From the human T2T-CHM13v2.0 reference genome, Homo sapiens, in assembly GCF_009914755.1 (NCBI RefSeq), contig NC_060935.1: DNA of 64,000 bases; one strand, written 5' to 3'. The notes below the pieces were generated by a model, which was not told where the DNA came from, searched no databases, and saw only the letters and a program-made list of their open reading frames with translations. Made by a program: the position numbers and the translations under genes. Positions within the stretch are counted from its first letter, which is position 1. Every line of letters begins with the position of its first letter. Positions 13,301 to 27,980 of this stretch are shown one piece after another.

Positions 13301-16286
13301 GTTAAACATAAGGACTCATATAAACAAAGTAAAGGGGTGGGAAAAGGCATTTCGTGCAAAGTAAATGGACACCAAAAACAAGCAAAACAAACTTTAAAGC
13401 AACAGCAGTTAAGAAGGACATTATGTAATGGTAAAAGGTCTTGTCCAACAGAAAAATATCACAATCTTAAACATATATGCACCTAACACTGGAGCTCCCA
13501 AATTTATAAAACAATTACTACTAGACCTAAGAAATGAGATAGCAACACAGTAATAGTGGAGGTCTCCAATACTCCACTGACAGTACTAAACAGGTCATCA
13601 AGACAGAAAAATCAACAAAGAAACAATGGATTTAAACTATACCTTGGAACAAATGGACTTAACAGATATACACAGAACATTTCATCCAACAACCGCAGAA
13701 TACACATTCTGTTCAACACATGGAACTTTCTCCAAACCAAACCATGTGACAGGCCATAAAACAAGCCTCAATAAATTTAAGAAATTGAAATTATATCAAG
13801 CACTCTCTCAGACCACAGTGGAATAAAACTGGAAATCAACTCCAAAAGGAACATTCAAAACCAAGCAAATACATGGAAATTACATAACCTGCTCCTGAAT
13901 GAGAACTGGGTCAAAAACAAAATCAAGATGGAAACTAAAAAATTCTTTGAACTGAATGACAATAATGACACAACCTATCAAAACCTCTAGGATACAGCTA
14001 AGGTGGTGCTAAGAGGAAAGTTCATAGCCCTAAACGCCTATATCAAAAAGTCTGAAAGAGCACAAACAGACAATCTAAGGTCACACCTCAAGGAACTAGT
14101 GAAACAAGAACAAACCAAACTGAAACCCAGCAGAAAAAAGAAATAACCAAGATCACAGCAGCACTAAATGAAATTTCAACAAAAAAATACAAAAGATAAA
14201 TGAAACAAGAAGCTGGTTTGTTGAAAAGATAAATAAAATTGATAGACTATTAGCAAGATTAACCAAGAAAAGAAGAAAGAAAATCCAAATAACCTCACTA
14301 AGAAACAAAACAGGATATACTACAACTGAAATACAACAACCACTGAAATACAAAAGATCATTCAAGGCTACTATCAACACCTCTACACACATGTACTAGA
14401 AAACCTAGAAGAAATGGATAAATTCCTGGAAAAATACAACTCTCCTAGCTTAAATCAGGAAGAATTAGATACCCTGAACAGAACAAAACACGCAGTGAGA
14501 TTAAAATGGTAATTTTAAAATTATCAAGAAAAAAAGTCCAGGACCAGGCGGATTCACAGCAGAATTCTACCAGATATTCAAATAATTGGTAGCAATCCTT
14601 CTGACACACTTCCACAAGACAGAGAAAAAAGGAACCCTCCCTAATTCATTCTGTGAAGCCAGCCTTACCCTAATGCCAAAACCAGGAAATGACACAACCA
14701 AAAAAGAAAAGTACAGATCAATATCCCTGATGAACATAGATGCTAAAATCCTTAACAAAATACTAGCTAACTGAATCCAACAACATATCAAAAAGATAAT
14801 CCATAATAATCAAGTGGGTTTCATACCAGGGATGCAGGGACCATTTAACATATACACATCAATAAATGTGATACACCACATAAACAGAATTAAAAACAAA
14901 AATCACACAATCATCTCAATAGATGCAGAAAAAAATGATTCAACAAAATCTAGCACCCCTTTGTGTCTAAAACTCTCAGCAACATCAGCATACAAGGAAC
15001 ATACCTCAAAGTAATAAAAGCCATCTATGACAAACCCACAGCCAATATAATACTGAAAAGGGAAAAGTTGAAAGCATTCGCTCTGAGAACAGGAATAAGA
15101 CAAGGATGCCCACTCTCACCACTCCTCTTCAACATAGTACTGGAAGTCTAGCCAGAGCAATCAGACGAGAGAATGAAATAAAGGGTAGCCAAATCAGTAA
15201 AGAGGAAGTCAAACTGTCACTGTTTGCCTTGAAAACCCTAAAGACTCCTCCAGAAAGCTCCTAGAACTGACAAAAGAATTCAGCCAAAAGAATCTTGTTT
15301 TTGGATACAAGATTAATGTACATAAATCAGTAGCTCTTCTATACACCAACAGTGACCAAGCAGAGAATCAAATCAAGAACTCAACCCCTTTTCCAACTGC
15401 AAAAAAAAAAAACCTTAGGAATATACCTAACAAAGGATTCAAAAAACCTCTACAAGGAAAACTACAAAACACTGCTGAAAAAAATCATAGATGACACCAA
15501 CAAATGGAAACACATCCCATGCTCATGAATGGGTAGGATCAATATTGTGAAAATGACCACACTACCAAAAGTAATTACAAATTCAGTGTAATCCCCATCA
15601 AAATACCACCATCATTCTTCACAGAACTAGAAAAAAATTCTAAAATTCATATGGAACCAAGAGAGCCCACATAACCAAAGCAAGACTAAGCAAAAAGAAC
15701 AAATCTGGAGGCATCACACTACCTGATTTCAAACTATACTATAAGGCCATAGTCCCCAAAACAGCATGGTACTGGCATAAAAATAGGCACTAGACCAAAT
15801 GAACAGAATAGAAAACCCAGGAATAAACCAAAATACTTAGGGCCAACTGATCTTTGACAAAGCAAGCAAAAACACAAAAGTAGGAAAAGGATACTCTATT
15901 CAACAAATGATGCTGGGATAATTGGCAAGCCACATATAGGAGAATTAAACTGGATCCTCATCTCTCACCTTAAACAAAAATCACTCAAGATGGATCATGG
16001 ACTTTAAGACTTGAAACTATAAAAATTATAGAAGATAACATTGGAAAAACCCTTATAGACATTGGCTTAGGCAAGGATTTCATGACCAAGAACCGGAAAG
16101 CAAATGCAATAAAAACAAAGATAAATAGCTGGGAGCTAATTAAACTAAAGAGCTTGTGCACAGCAAAAGGAACAGTCAGCAGAGTAAAAAAACCCACAGA
16201 GTGGTACAAAATCTTCACAACCTATACATCTGACAAAGGGCTAACATCCAGAATCTACAACAAACTCAAATCAGTAAGAAAAAAAC

Positions 16287-16589
<303 letters not shown>

Positions 16590-17046
16590 TCCCATCAAAA
16601 AGTGGACTAAGGACATGAACAGACAATTCTCAAAAGAAGATATACAAATGTCCAACAAACACATTAAAAAATGCTCACCACCACTAATGATTAGGGAAAC
16701 GCAAATCAAAACCACAATGAGATACCACCTCACTCCTGCAAGAATGGCCATAATCAAAAAAACAGTAGACGTTGGTGTGGATGCAGTGAACCAGTAACAC
16801 TTCCACACTGCTGGTGGGAATGTATACTAGTACAACCACTATGGAAAACAGTGTGGAAATTCCTTAAAGAACTAAAAGAATTATCATTTGATCTCGCAAT
16901 CCCAGTACTAGGTATCTACCCAGAGGAAAAGAAGTCATTATTTGAAAAAGATACTTGCACATGCATGTTTATAGCAGCACAATTTACAATTGCAAAATTG
17001 TGGAACCAACTCAAATGCTATCAACGAGTGGATTAAAAAAACTGTG

Positions 17047-17053
17047 GTGTGTG

Positions 17054-17086
<33 letters not shown>

Positions 17087-17185
17087 GTATACATATATAT
17101 ACATATATACGTGTATATATACATGTGTGTGTGTGTGTGTATATATATGTGTGTGAGTATATGTGTGTGTGTGTGTGTGTGTGTG
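17047..17185. repeat. Compound (TG)/(TA)/(CA) microsatellite in the L1 3' region
   Basis: Dinucleotide runs visible in the sequence. Confidence 0.9.
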
Positions 17186-18572
17186 ATGGAATACTACACA
17201 GCCACGAAAACGAATGAATTAACAGCATTTGCAGTGACCTGGATGAGACTGGAGATTATAATTCTAAGTGAAGTAACTCAGGAATGGAAAACCAAACATC
17301 TTATGTTCTCACTGATATGTGGGAGTTAGCTATGAGGATGCGAAGGCACAGAATGATACCATGGACTTTGGGGGTTTGGGGAGAAAAATAGGAGGCAGTC
17401 AAGGGATAAAAGACTACAAATATGGTGCCTTGTATACTGCTCAGGTGATGAGTGCACCAAAATCTCACAAATCACCACTAAATAACTTACTCATGTAACC
17501 AAATACCACCAGCACCCCAATAACTTATAAAAAAATTTTTTTTAAAGATAATACAGCAATAGTCAAGTGGGTTTCATACCAGGAATGCAGGGATATACAA
17601 GTCAATAAATGTAATATATCCAGTAAACAGAATTAAAAACAAAACTCATATTATCCCAATCAACGCAGAAAAAGCATTTGACAAAATTCAGCATTGCTAT
17701 ATGATTAAAACCCTCAGAAAAATTGGCATGGAAGGGACATACCTCAAGGTAATAAAAGCTATCTGTGACCAACCGACAGCCAACATTATACTGAACAGGG
17801 AAAAGTTGAAAGCATTCCCCCTGAGAACTGGAACAAGCCAAGGATGCTCACTTTCACCACTTCTATTCAACATAGTACTGGAAGTCCTAGCCAGAGCAAT
17901 CAGACATGAGAAAGAAATAAAGGGCATCCAAATCAGTAAAGAGGAAGTCAAACTATTGCAGTTCACTGATGATAAGATTGTATACCTAGAAAACTCTGAA
18001 GATTCATCCAAAAGGCTCCTAGATTGGATAAATGAATTCAGTAAAGTTTCAGGATACAAAAATCAATGTTCACAGGTCAGTAACACCACTAAATACCAAC
18101 AGTGACCAAGATGAGACACAAATCAAGAACTCGATCCCTTTTACAACAGCTGCTATATGTATTATATATATTATATATTATAATGTTTTATTTTATAATA
18201 TATAATATGTTATTTCAGCATTGCTTTATGATTAAAACCCTCAGAAAAATTGGCATGGAAGGGACATACCTCAAGGTAATAAAAACTATCTATGACACAC
18301 ACACATATATATATATATAAAACCAAGGAGGTGAAAGACCTCTACAAGGAAAACTACAAAACACTGCTGAAAGAAATCACTGATGACACAAACAAATGGA
18401 AACACATCCCATGCTCATGGGTAGATTCAATATTGTGAAAGCTGTCAAAAGCAATCTACATATTCAGTGCAACTCCTATCAAAGTACCATCATCATTCTT
18501 CACAGAACTAGAAAAAAAAATCTAAAATTCATATGGAACCAAAAAGGACCCCTCATAACCAAAGCAAGACTA

Positions 18573-18603
<31 letters not shown>

Positions 18604-19857
18604 CATCTGGAGGCATCGCATTAACTGACTTCAAACTATCCTACAAGATTTATACCAGTACCAAAACAGCATGGTACCAATATAAAAATAGGCACATAGA
18701 CCAATGGAACAGAATACAGAACCCAGAAATAAAGCCAAATACTTACAACCAACTCATCTTCAACAAAGAAAGCAAAAACACAAATAGGGAAGGGGCACCC
18801 TATTCAACAAATGGTGCTGGGATAACTGTCTAGCCACATACAGAAGAATGAAACTGGATCCTCATCTCTTACCTTATACAGACATCAACTCAAGATGGAT
18901 CAAACACTTAAATGTAAGACCTGAAACCATAAAAACTTTAGAAAATAACGCTGGAAAAACTCTTCTAGACATTGGCTTAGGCAAAGATTTTAAGACCAAA
19001 AACCCCAAAGCAAATCTAACAAAAACAAAAATAAATAGATATTACCTAATGAAAACACTTCGGCACAGCAAAATAATCAGCAGTGTAAACAGACACCTCA
19101 CTGAATGGGAGAAAATATTCAACTATGCGTCCTACAAAGGACTAATATGCAGAATCTACAAGGAACTCAAATCAGTAAGAAAAAAAGAAATAATCCCATC
19201 AAAAAGTGGGCAAAGAACATGAATAGACAGTTCTCAAAAGAAGATACACAAATGACTAACACATGAAAAAGAATGCTCAACATCACTAATTATCAGGGAA
19301 ATGCAGATTAAAACCACAATGAAATACCACGTTACTTCTGCAAGACTGGCCATAATTTACAAAGTCAAAAAATAGTAGATGTTTGCATAGATGTGATGAA
19401 AAGGGCACTTTTACACTGATGGTGGGAATATAAACTAGTACATCCACTGTGGAAAACTTTATGGAGATTCCTTAAAGAACTAAAAGTAAAACTACCATTT
19501 GATCCAGCAGTCCCACTATTGAGTATATATCCAGAAGAAAAGAAGTCATTATATGAAAAAGCCACTTGCATCTGCATGTTTATAGGAGCAAAATACACAA
19601 TTGCAAAAATATGGAACCAGCCTAAATGCCCCTCGACTGACAAGTGGATAAAGAAAATGTGATATATTTACACCATGGAATACTACTCAGCCATAAAAAG
19701 GAATGAAGTAATGGCATTTGCAGCAATTTGTACGGGAGTTGGAGACCACTATTCCAAGTGAAGTAACTCAGGAATGGGAAACCAAATATCGTGTATGTTC
19801 TCACTTATAAGGGTTTGCTGAACTATGAGGATGCAAAGGCATAAGAATGATATAATG

Positions 19858-20171
19858 GGCCGGGTGCAGTGGCTCACAACTGTAATCCCAGCACTTTGGG
19901 AGGCCAAGGCAGGCGGATCATGAAGTCAGGAGATTGAGACCATCCTGGCTAACATGGTGAAACCCTGTCTCTACTAAAAATACAAAAAATTAGTCGTCGT
20001 GGCACGCGCCTGTAGTCCCAGCTACTCAGAGGTCTGAGGCAGGAGAATCGCTTGAACTTGGGAGGCAGAGGTTGCAGTGAGCTGAGATTGCGCCACTGCA
20101 CTCTAGCCAGGGCGACAGAGCAAGACTGTCTCAAAAAAAAAAAAAAAAATACATATATATATATATATATA
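19858..20171 (+). mobile_element. AluSc-like element with poly(A)/(TA)n tail in the outer L1 3'UTR
   Basis: Dimeric Alu; TSD ATATAATGG. Confidence 0.88.
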
Positions 20172-20360
20172 ATGGACTTTGGGGACTCAAGGGAAAGTGG
20201 GAGGAGGGTGAGGGATAAAAGACTATACATTGGGTACAGTGTACACTGCTCAGGTGATGAGTACACAAAAATCTCAGAAATCACCACTAAATAACTTATC
20301 CATGTAACAAAAAAATGACCTGTTCCCCAAAAACTATTGCAATTTTTAAAAATGTAAACA

Positions 20361-20528
20361 TTAGCCATGCGTGTTGATGCACACCTGTAGTCCCAGCTAC
20401 TTAGGAAGCTGTGGCAAGAGTATCTCTTGAGCGTTGGAGGTCGAGGCTACAGTGAGCTATGATTGCACCACTGAACTTCATCCTGGGCAACAAAGTGAGC
20501 CCGTCTCAAACACACACACACACAACAA
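20361..20528 (+). mobile_element. AluJ right arm with (CA)n tail
   Basis: ttagcc...gtgagctatgattgcaccactg; partner of 4790-4928. Confidence 0.8.
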
Positions 20529-20615
20529 AAAATTGGTTTTGTCCTGGTACCTGGTTATTATAATTTGAAGCAGAAATTATTTTGTTTAGATTTTTTAATA
20601 TTAAGAAGCATCTCC

Positions 20616-20920
20616 GTCGGGCGAGGTGGCTCACACCTCTAATCCCAGCACTTTAGGAGGCTGAGGTGGGCAGATCACCTGAGGTCGGGAGTTCAAGAAC
20701 AGTCTGACAAACATGGAGAAACCCCGACTCTACTAAAAACACAAAATTAGCTGGGCATGGCGGCGCATGCCTGTGATCCCAGCTACTCAGGAGAGTGAGA
20801 CACGAGAGTCACTTGAACCCAGGAGGCCAAGGTTGTGGTGAGCCGAGATCGCGCCATTGCACTCCAGCCTGGGCAACAAGAGCAAAACTGTCTCAAAAAT
20901 AAAAAGTAAAAAAAAAAAAA
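20616..20920 (+). mobile_element. AluSp-like element
   Basis: Dimeric Alu with the acatggagaaaccc diagnostic; TSD AAGCATCTC. Confidence 0.88.
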
Positions 20921-21713
20921 GCATCTCTACTCACCATTAACTATACAATTAAGAGGTCACACCTTTGTTTCATCATCGTAGACAAGGTAAATATTACTAA
21001 AGAAAATGCCTGTCCATAAAAGGGATCTGGTGACAGAGGACAGCCTCTCCCAGAGTAACAGGCATCCAGGACTCCACTCTATCAACGATTTCTAAAACAA
21101 TGGGTGTGAGCAAGGGCTAGGATGAGATGTGTGATTAAGTTCCTGAGCTGACGGCAAATTTAAAAGATGCCCTCTCAGCTCCTGGCTGCGGCCCATCCTC
21201 CCTGTAAGGTGCACGACTCCATGACGCTTTTCACTGACGGCACTACCTCTTGGCCATTACCACCTCCCACCAGATCCCATTCGCTCTGTTTTACCAGGGA
21301 AAGGTCTGCTCCAGTTAATGCCTTATCCTTCACAGTGATGTTCTTTGACTTTATAAAAACGGAGCCATTTGGTCAACAGGCTGCCCGTCGGATCCCGTGT
21401 CCTTCTGCACTGCTAATATCTAGCTGTGGCCCTGCTTTAAAACCCAAATGCAAACATCTCTTCCATGAAGCCCTTCCTGATTGCCAGTGCCCTCAACAGT
21501 GGAATAAGCTGCCAGGCATCTTAGAGATCTAGACCCGTGGTTCTCAACCCCCACTTCCCCAGGCCTCCTGAGAAGCTTTTAATAGGTGCATCAGCCCTGG
21601 ATTCTTACCGGCAGGACTGAGAGGGAGCCTTAACGCTTGTGTTCTTCTAATAGTGTGCACAGGGTTGACGGGAAACACACACACACACAGTGCAGAACCA
21701 TTCCACGAAGCTG

Positions 21714-22777
21714 TGTGTCCGGAATTGGTTCCCTCTGAAGAGTTCCTGGTCCCGGTCCTGCCGCGGACCTTCACGGCATTATAGTTCTTAAACATGGTGT
21801 GTCCGGAGTTTGTTCCTTCAAATGTTCAGATGTGTCCGAAGTTTTTTCTTTCTAGAGAGTTCGTGGTCTATGCACGACTTGATGAGTGAGGCCGCGGACC
21901 TTCGCAGGGAGTGTTACAGCTCTTAAAGGTGGCGCATCCGCGTTGTTCCTTCCTCCCAGCGGGTTCGTAGTTTCGCCGACCTCAGGAGTGAAGCCACAGA
22001 CCTTCGCAGGGAGTGTTACACCTCTTAAAAGTGGTGCGTCTGGAGTTGTTTGCTCCTCCCTGTGGGTTCGTGGTGTCGCTGACTTCAGGAGTGAAGCCAC
22101 AGACCTTCACAGTGAGTGTTATGGCTCTTAAAGGTGGCGGCTCCAGAGTTGTTTCTTGTGGTGGCTTCCTGGTCTCGCTGGTTTACAGGAGTGAACCTGC
22201 AGACCTTCACTGTGAGTGTTAAAGCTCATAAAGGTAGTGTGGACCTAAAAGGTGAGCAACAGCAAAATTTATTGCAAAGAGCGAAACAACAAAACCCCAA
22301 CACCATCGAAGGGGACCCAAACGCAGCTGCCGCTGGCTCGGATGGCCAGCTTTTATTCCCTCATTGGCCCCGCCCACATCCTCCTGATTGGTCCTGCCCA
22401 CATCCTCCTGATTGGTCCATTTTACAGAGCGCTGATTGGTCCATTTTACAGAGTGCTGATTGGTCCATTTTACAGAGTGCTGATTGGTCCGTTTTTACAG
22501 AGTGCTGATTGATGTGTTTACAAACCTTTAGCTAGACATAGAGCATTGATTGGTGCATTTACAATCCTTTGGCTAGAGAGAAAAGTTCTCCAAGTCCCCA
22601 CCAATTAGCTGGACACAGAGCACTGATTGGTGCATTTTTACAGAGTGCTGATTGGTGTGTTTACAAACCTTTAGCTAGACACAGAGTGCAGATTGATGCT
22701 TTTACAATCCTTTAGCTAGACAGAAAAGTTCTCCAAGTCCCCATCCGACCCAGAAGCCCAGCGGGTTTCACCTCTCA
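21714..22777 (-). mobile_element. Solo LTR12 (ERV9), ~0.7 kb upstream of and divergent from TMEM45B exon 1
   Basis: Termini tgtgtccggaattgg...tttcacctctca; tandem gctgattggtccattttacagagt units; U5 repeats. Confidence 0.93.
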
Positions 22778-23299
22778 GTAGCTTACAGAAGAGGACCCTG
22801 CTGCCACAGCACAATACCACAAAGAAAGTCATGCTCTCCTCAGCAGGTAGCCCCCTTCTCCGGGACAGGAACTTTGTTTCCTTCTTAGCTCTATCGCCAG
22901 CACCTAGAACAGTGCCCACCTGTCAGATCTGTTATCAGATGGGAACATGGCAGATTTGTTGAATGAATGAAGGAATGAATGAACTATGTGACACTCAAAC
23001 TTAGCCACCAAACTTAAACTAAAAAAACTGGGTTGTGGTCCCTGATGGACCGTTGGCACCTTCTTCCTTTGCTGGACGGTGATCCGTGGCTGTTTCTGCG
23101 GTGTGTTCGCAGTGGTTGCCTGGCTTGGTAACAAACACTCTTCGGAGCCACAGCCTGTTCTCAGGGTCCTCGCCGCCTCCCAGGCCCTGCGATCTCTTTG
23201 CATCTCAGGAGGTCCAGGTTGGTTGCAGTCCTCTTGGGTGACTCAGGAACCAGCCTCTCCTGAAGCACACAGCTTAGGGAGTTCCTGAGGCCAGAGACA

Positions 23300-24200
23300 T
23301 CTCCACGGGAAAGTCAAAGGCCTGGAGGAAGTGCGGACCTGACGACAGATGCCCCGCACGCTGGCCGGGACCGGGAAGGGCGGTCAAGGGTGGAAAGGGG
23401 CTGGCGGCTGCCAGGCCTGGCGGAGTGGAGCGGGGCGGGGCGCAGCGGGGCGGGGCGGGCCTGGAGCTGCACCTGCTTCTGGGCGGACGCACTTGGCGCG
23501 CGGCGCGGGCTGCAGACGGCTGCGAGGCGCTGGGCACAGGTCAGACGTCCGTACCCGCAGGGGGCTCGAACCTGGAGGAGGGCTCGAAGGGAGAGGGGGC
23601 CCCGCCAAGGAGCGGGGCTGTGATGGAGAGGAGGTTCCGACTCGCAGGGGACCTGCGGGGGAGGGGACGCGGACAGGGAGGGGCTCTGGGACAGGGGTGA
23701 AGGCTGCGCTAGGGGAGGACGGGAGGGGATGGAGGGCCCTGGTGTCGCGGAAGCCCAGCTGGGGCCCCCTCCGGGCTGCGGAACCGGTGCGCACACTACT
23801 CCCACCGCCCCCGAGTGCCTCTGTCCGGCTGGCCGCGGCCCTGGAACGAATATTGCTCAGTCCCCCGCGAGTCAGGTCTGCCGCGTTGCCCGGTGAGGGG
23901 AAGGTGTGAAGCCCCGGGCCTCCGTCTGCCCGGTGAGTCCGGGGACGCGCGCCCCCGGGGATGCCATCTGGCTCCTGGGCTGTGACCAGTCACAGCTCAC
24001 ATAGCTCTGGGCACTGGTACCGACTGCCTTTCCTTGTTAGCTGCGATACACAAATACACGAGCCAGATCCTTTCCTGAGGCCAGGAAGCCTGGAATCTAA
24101 TAACACCGGGCGGTGGATAAAGTCCCCCGAGCCAGTGCTTAGCTTCCGTTAATGGAGCCATGGATGGAAGCGGATGTCAGGCGCAGTGGGGGAGAAATTT
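23300..24200 (+). promoter_or_regulatory. TMEM45B: CpG island promoter with clustered GC boxes (GGGGCGGGG at 23432-23459)
   Basis: Only strongly CpG-rich non-repeat segment in the window; Sp1/KLF-type boxes immediately upstream of exon 1; no TATA box seen. Confidence 0.85.
23460..23539 (+). other. TMEM45B: Non-coding exon 1 (5' UTR); start approximate
   Basis: Lies downstream of the GC boxes, contains no ATG, ends at donor CAG|GTCAGA (23540). Exon 2 has an acceptor 8 nt before its ATG, so an upstream exon is required. Confidence 0.75.
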
Positions 24201-24332
24201 GCGGGGGTGGCCCTGTCTAGGGCCAGAGAAACAACCTCTGAAGCTTTGATCCAGCCCTAGAGGGAAGAAAGATGTGAGTTTCAGCCAGGGAAACGTAGCA
24301 CTTTAAGAAATAGAAACCCTTTCAAAATTTGA

Positions 24333-24686
<354 letters not shown>

Positions 24687-26894
24687 AGAAATGGCCACTT
24701 CTTTCACGTTCTCTTCGACCGCTTTCTGCGGTGTCTGCCCTTTTCCTCCTCCTGCACCTTTTTGTCTCCTAGGGTCGCATAGCCTTCCAAACAGGCCTGC
24801 CTACAGCATTTTACCTGCAATTTTACACTCATTTTAATAGAAAGGATGGCTTATTGTTCATGAGAGACGTGTACTGTTTTTAACCAGATGTGTAATATCT
24901 TCAGTATAACCTGGATGTTGTGCAGTGGGAAGTTATGGAAAGAATCAGGACACGTGGTTAGGTAGGGGCCCAGGGGCGTCAGACTTAGCTCTTTGTGACA
25001 GTGAGCTTCTTGGTTTAATAAGGATATTGGCTCCCTCTGTTCCTGGGGTTTCTGGGAAAAGATATGGAACTGATATGAAGGTTTTATTGAATATGGCCCA
25101 CTGATTTTACAAGTGGAGGTGACTGAGATAAGCAGAAGGTGAGGCATGACCTCTGGCTGTGCATTATTTGTTCTGATATTACAGGAGCCAAGCATTCCAT
25201 TTCCTTCTTTTTAAAGAGCTTTGATTTCCTCTCACATCTTCATGAAGATGGAAACAGTGCCCCCACTTACTTATCCTCAGGCCACACCTGTTCCCATTTA
25301 TTCCATGAGTTCCTCCCACACCCTTCTGGTTGATGTTGGTTGTGATGGTCGAGGTAATTGAATCTCACATTTGGCACCAGTTATTTCTGTTTCTCATCTC
25401 CCCCCTACCTGCAGTTAAACATCAGCTGCTATACTTAACTGTTCAAAGTACAGATGTTACCTGTGTTGGGTGTAATCAAAAGATTATCTCTTTTCCTCAA
25501 ATGAAAAATGGGTGAGGACAGTTTCACCACACATAGAGTCACTCCCCTAGCCAAAGTCCTTGCTATTGCAAAACTTTTTACTGTAAGAGAATTAAAGTCA
25601 CTAGTGTGTCATCAACTAATGGTACTTATAGACACATTCCATATTTGTTTCTATAGAAAGATCATAAGACAAACACTAGATTATTCCCAGTATGAGACCA
25701 TACTGAATATGAACAATTAGAGGCCACAGGTGAGTGCTGTCCTCCTCACACTTTCTTTGAACTCTTAAGCTTCTACTCTTTTAACCAGCTACCCCTCTCC
25801 CCAAAACCTTCACTGAGGCTAGAAACAAACACAAATAGACTATTTGAATTTTAGCAAATTTTATCTCTCTTTTCTATTCTCTTGTGTAAAACTTAAATGG
25901 CCACAAGCTACACCACTGGAGGAAAAAGGAAAGCTAAAAGGTCTATCAGCCTTCTGTATGTGATGCAGAGTTCAACTGAATATAGCAAGGTACACACCCG
26001 CATTCTCCTTGCCAGGACTTAGATATCATAAGCCATTATCTTGCTGGTTGTTGAAATCATAATAGGGCTTTATAGAGCACAAGGCGATGTTTGTAAACAG
26101 CACTGTTCAGGTCAGATTAGAATCCGTATTTCAAAAATGAGGAGATGGAAACAGAGATATTGTGTATGTGGTCCAGGGTTAGCCAGTAATTAAATGGCAG
26201 AGCCAGAACTCAAACCAACATTCCTTCCAGAATACCACAGCTGCCTCTGGAGTGGTTTTTGTTGTTCTTGTTGAATTTTGTGATGGAAGATTGTGATTTG
26301 TTTTTCCCGAACACTTAATATGTTTTCTGACTTGAATTATCAGAATCTAAATTTAGAAACTCTCTCGTTTGGTATATTTCATGCCCATCTTTGTTCCATA
26401 TAATTACAAAAATATCTTAGAGCTGAGTATAACCTTAAAGATTGTCAAGTCCAATCTTGTGGTTTTTCAAGGAAGAAAACCGGATTTAAGAAAAATAAAG
26501 CAAGTACCTCATGTTGCTTCCCCAAATCTACTTCATTGGAGAATTACAGCTAAAAACAATGTTCAGATTTTTGCTCCTTCTGTCATGTGGTCCCTTGAGA
26601 ATTTGCCAAATGTATAAATCCAGTGACTTATTTTGATGTACTCTTTTGGTTTGAGGTCTGTGACAGCAAACATAACCTCCTTGAATCCCAGCCTCAAATG
26701 CCTATGGACCTTCTGTTCTAACTGTTATTATAACTGTAGCCGTTATTATAGTGGCTAAAGTTCTAACTTCTGTTCTAACTGTGCTCCTGGTTCCATGACA
26801 AAGAGAGCTTTACTTGTCTTATTCCTAGCACAGTGCCCATAGCAGGCATACATAAAATGTGGTATGTCAGATAAACATCTGAAAAAGTGTGAGA

Positions 26895-27980
<1,086 letters not shown>

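Noticed and set aside
23274-23993. Overlapping 60-186 aa ORFs in the CpG island
   Set aside because: Pro/Arg/Gly/Ala-rich ORFs on both strands are expected from high GC content; no recognisable protein.
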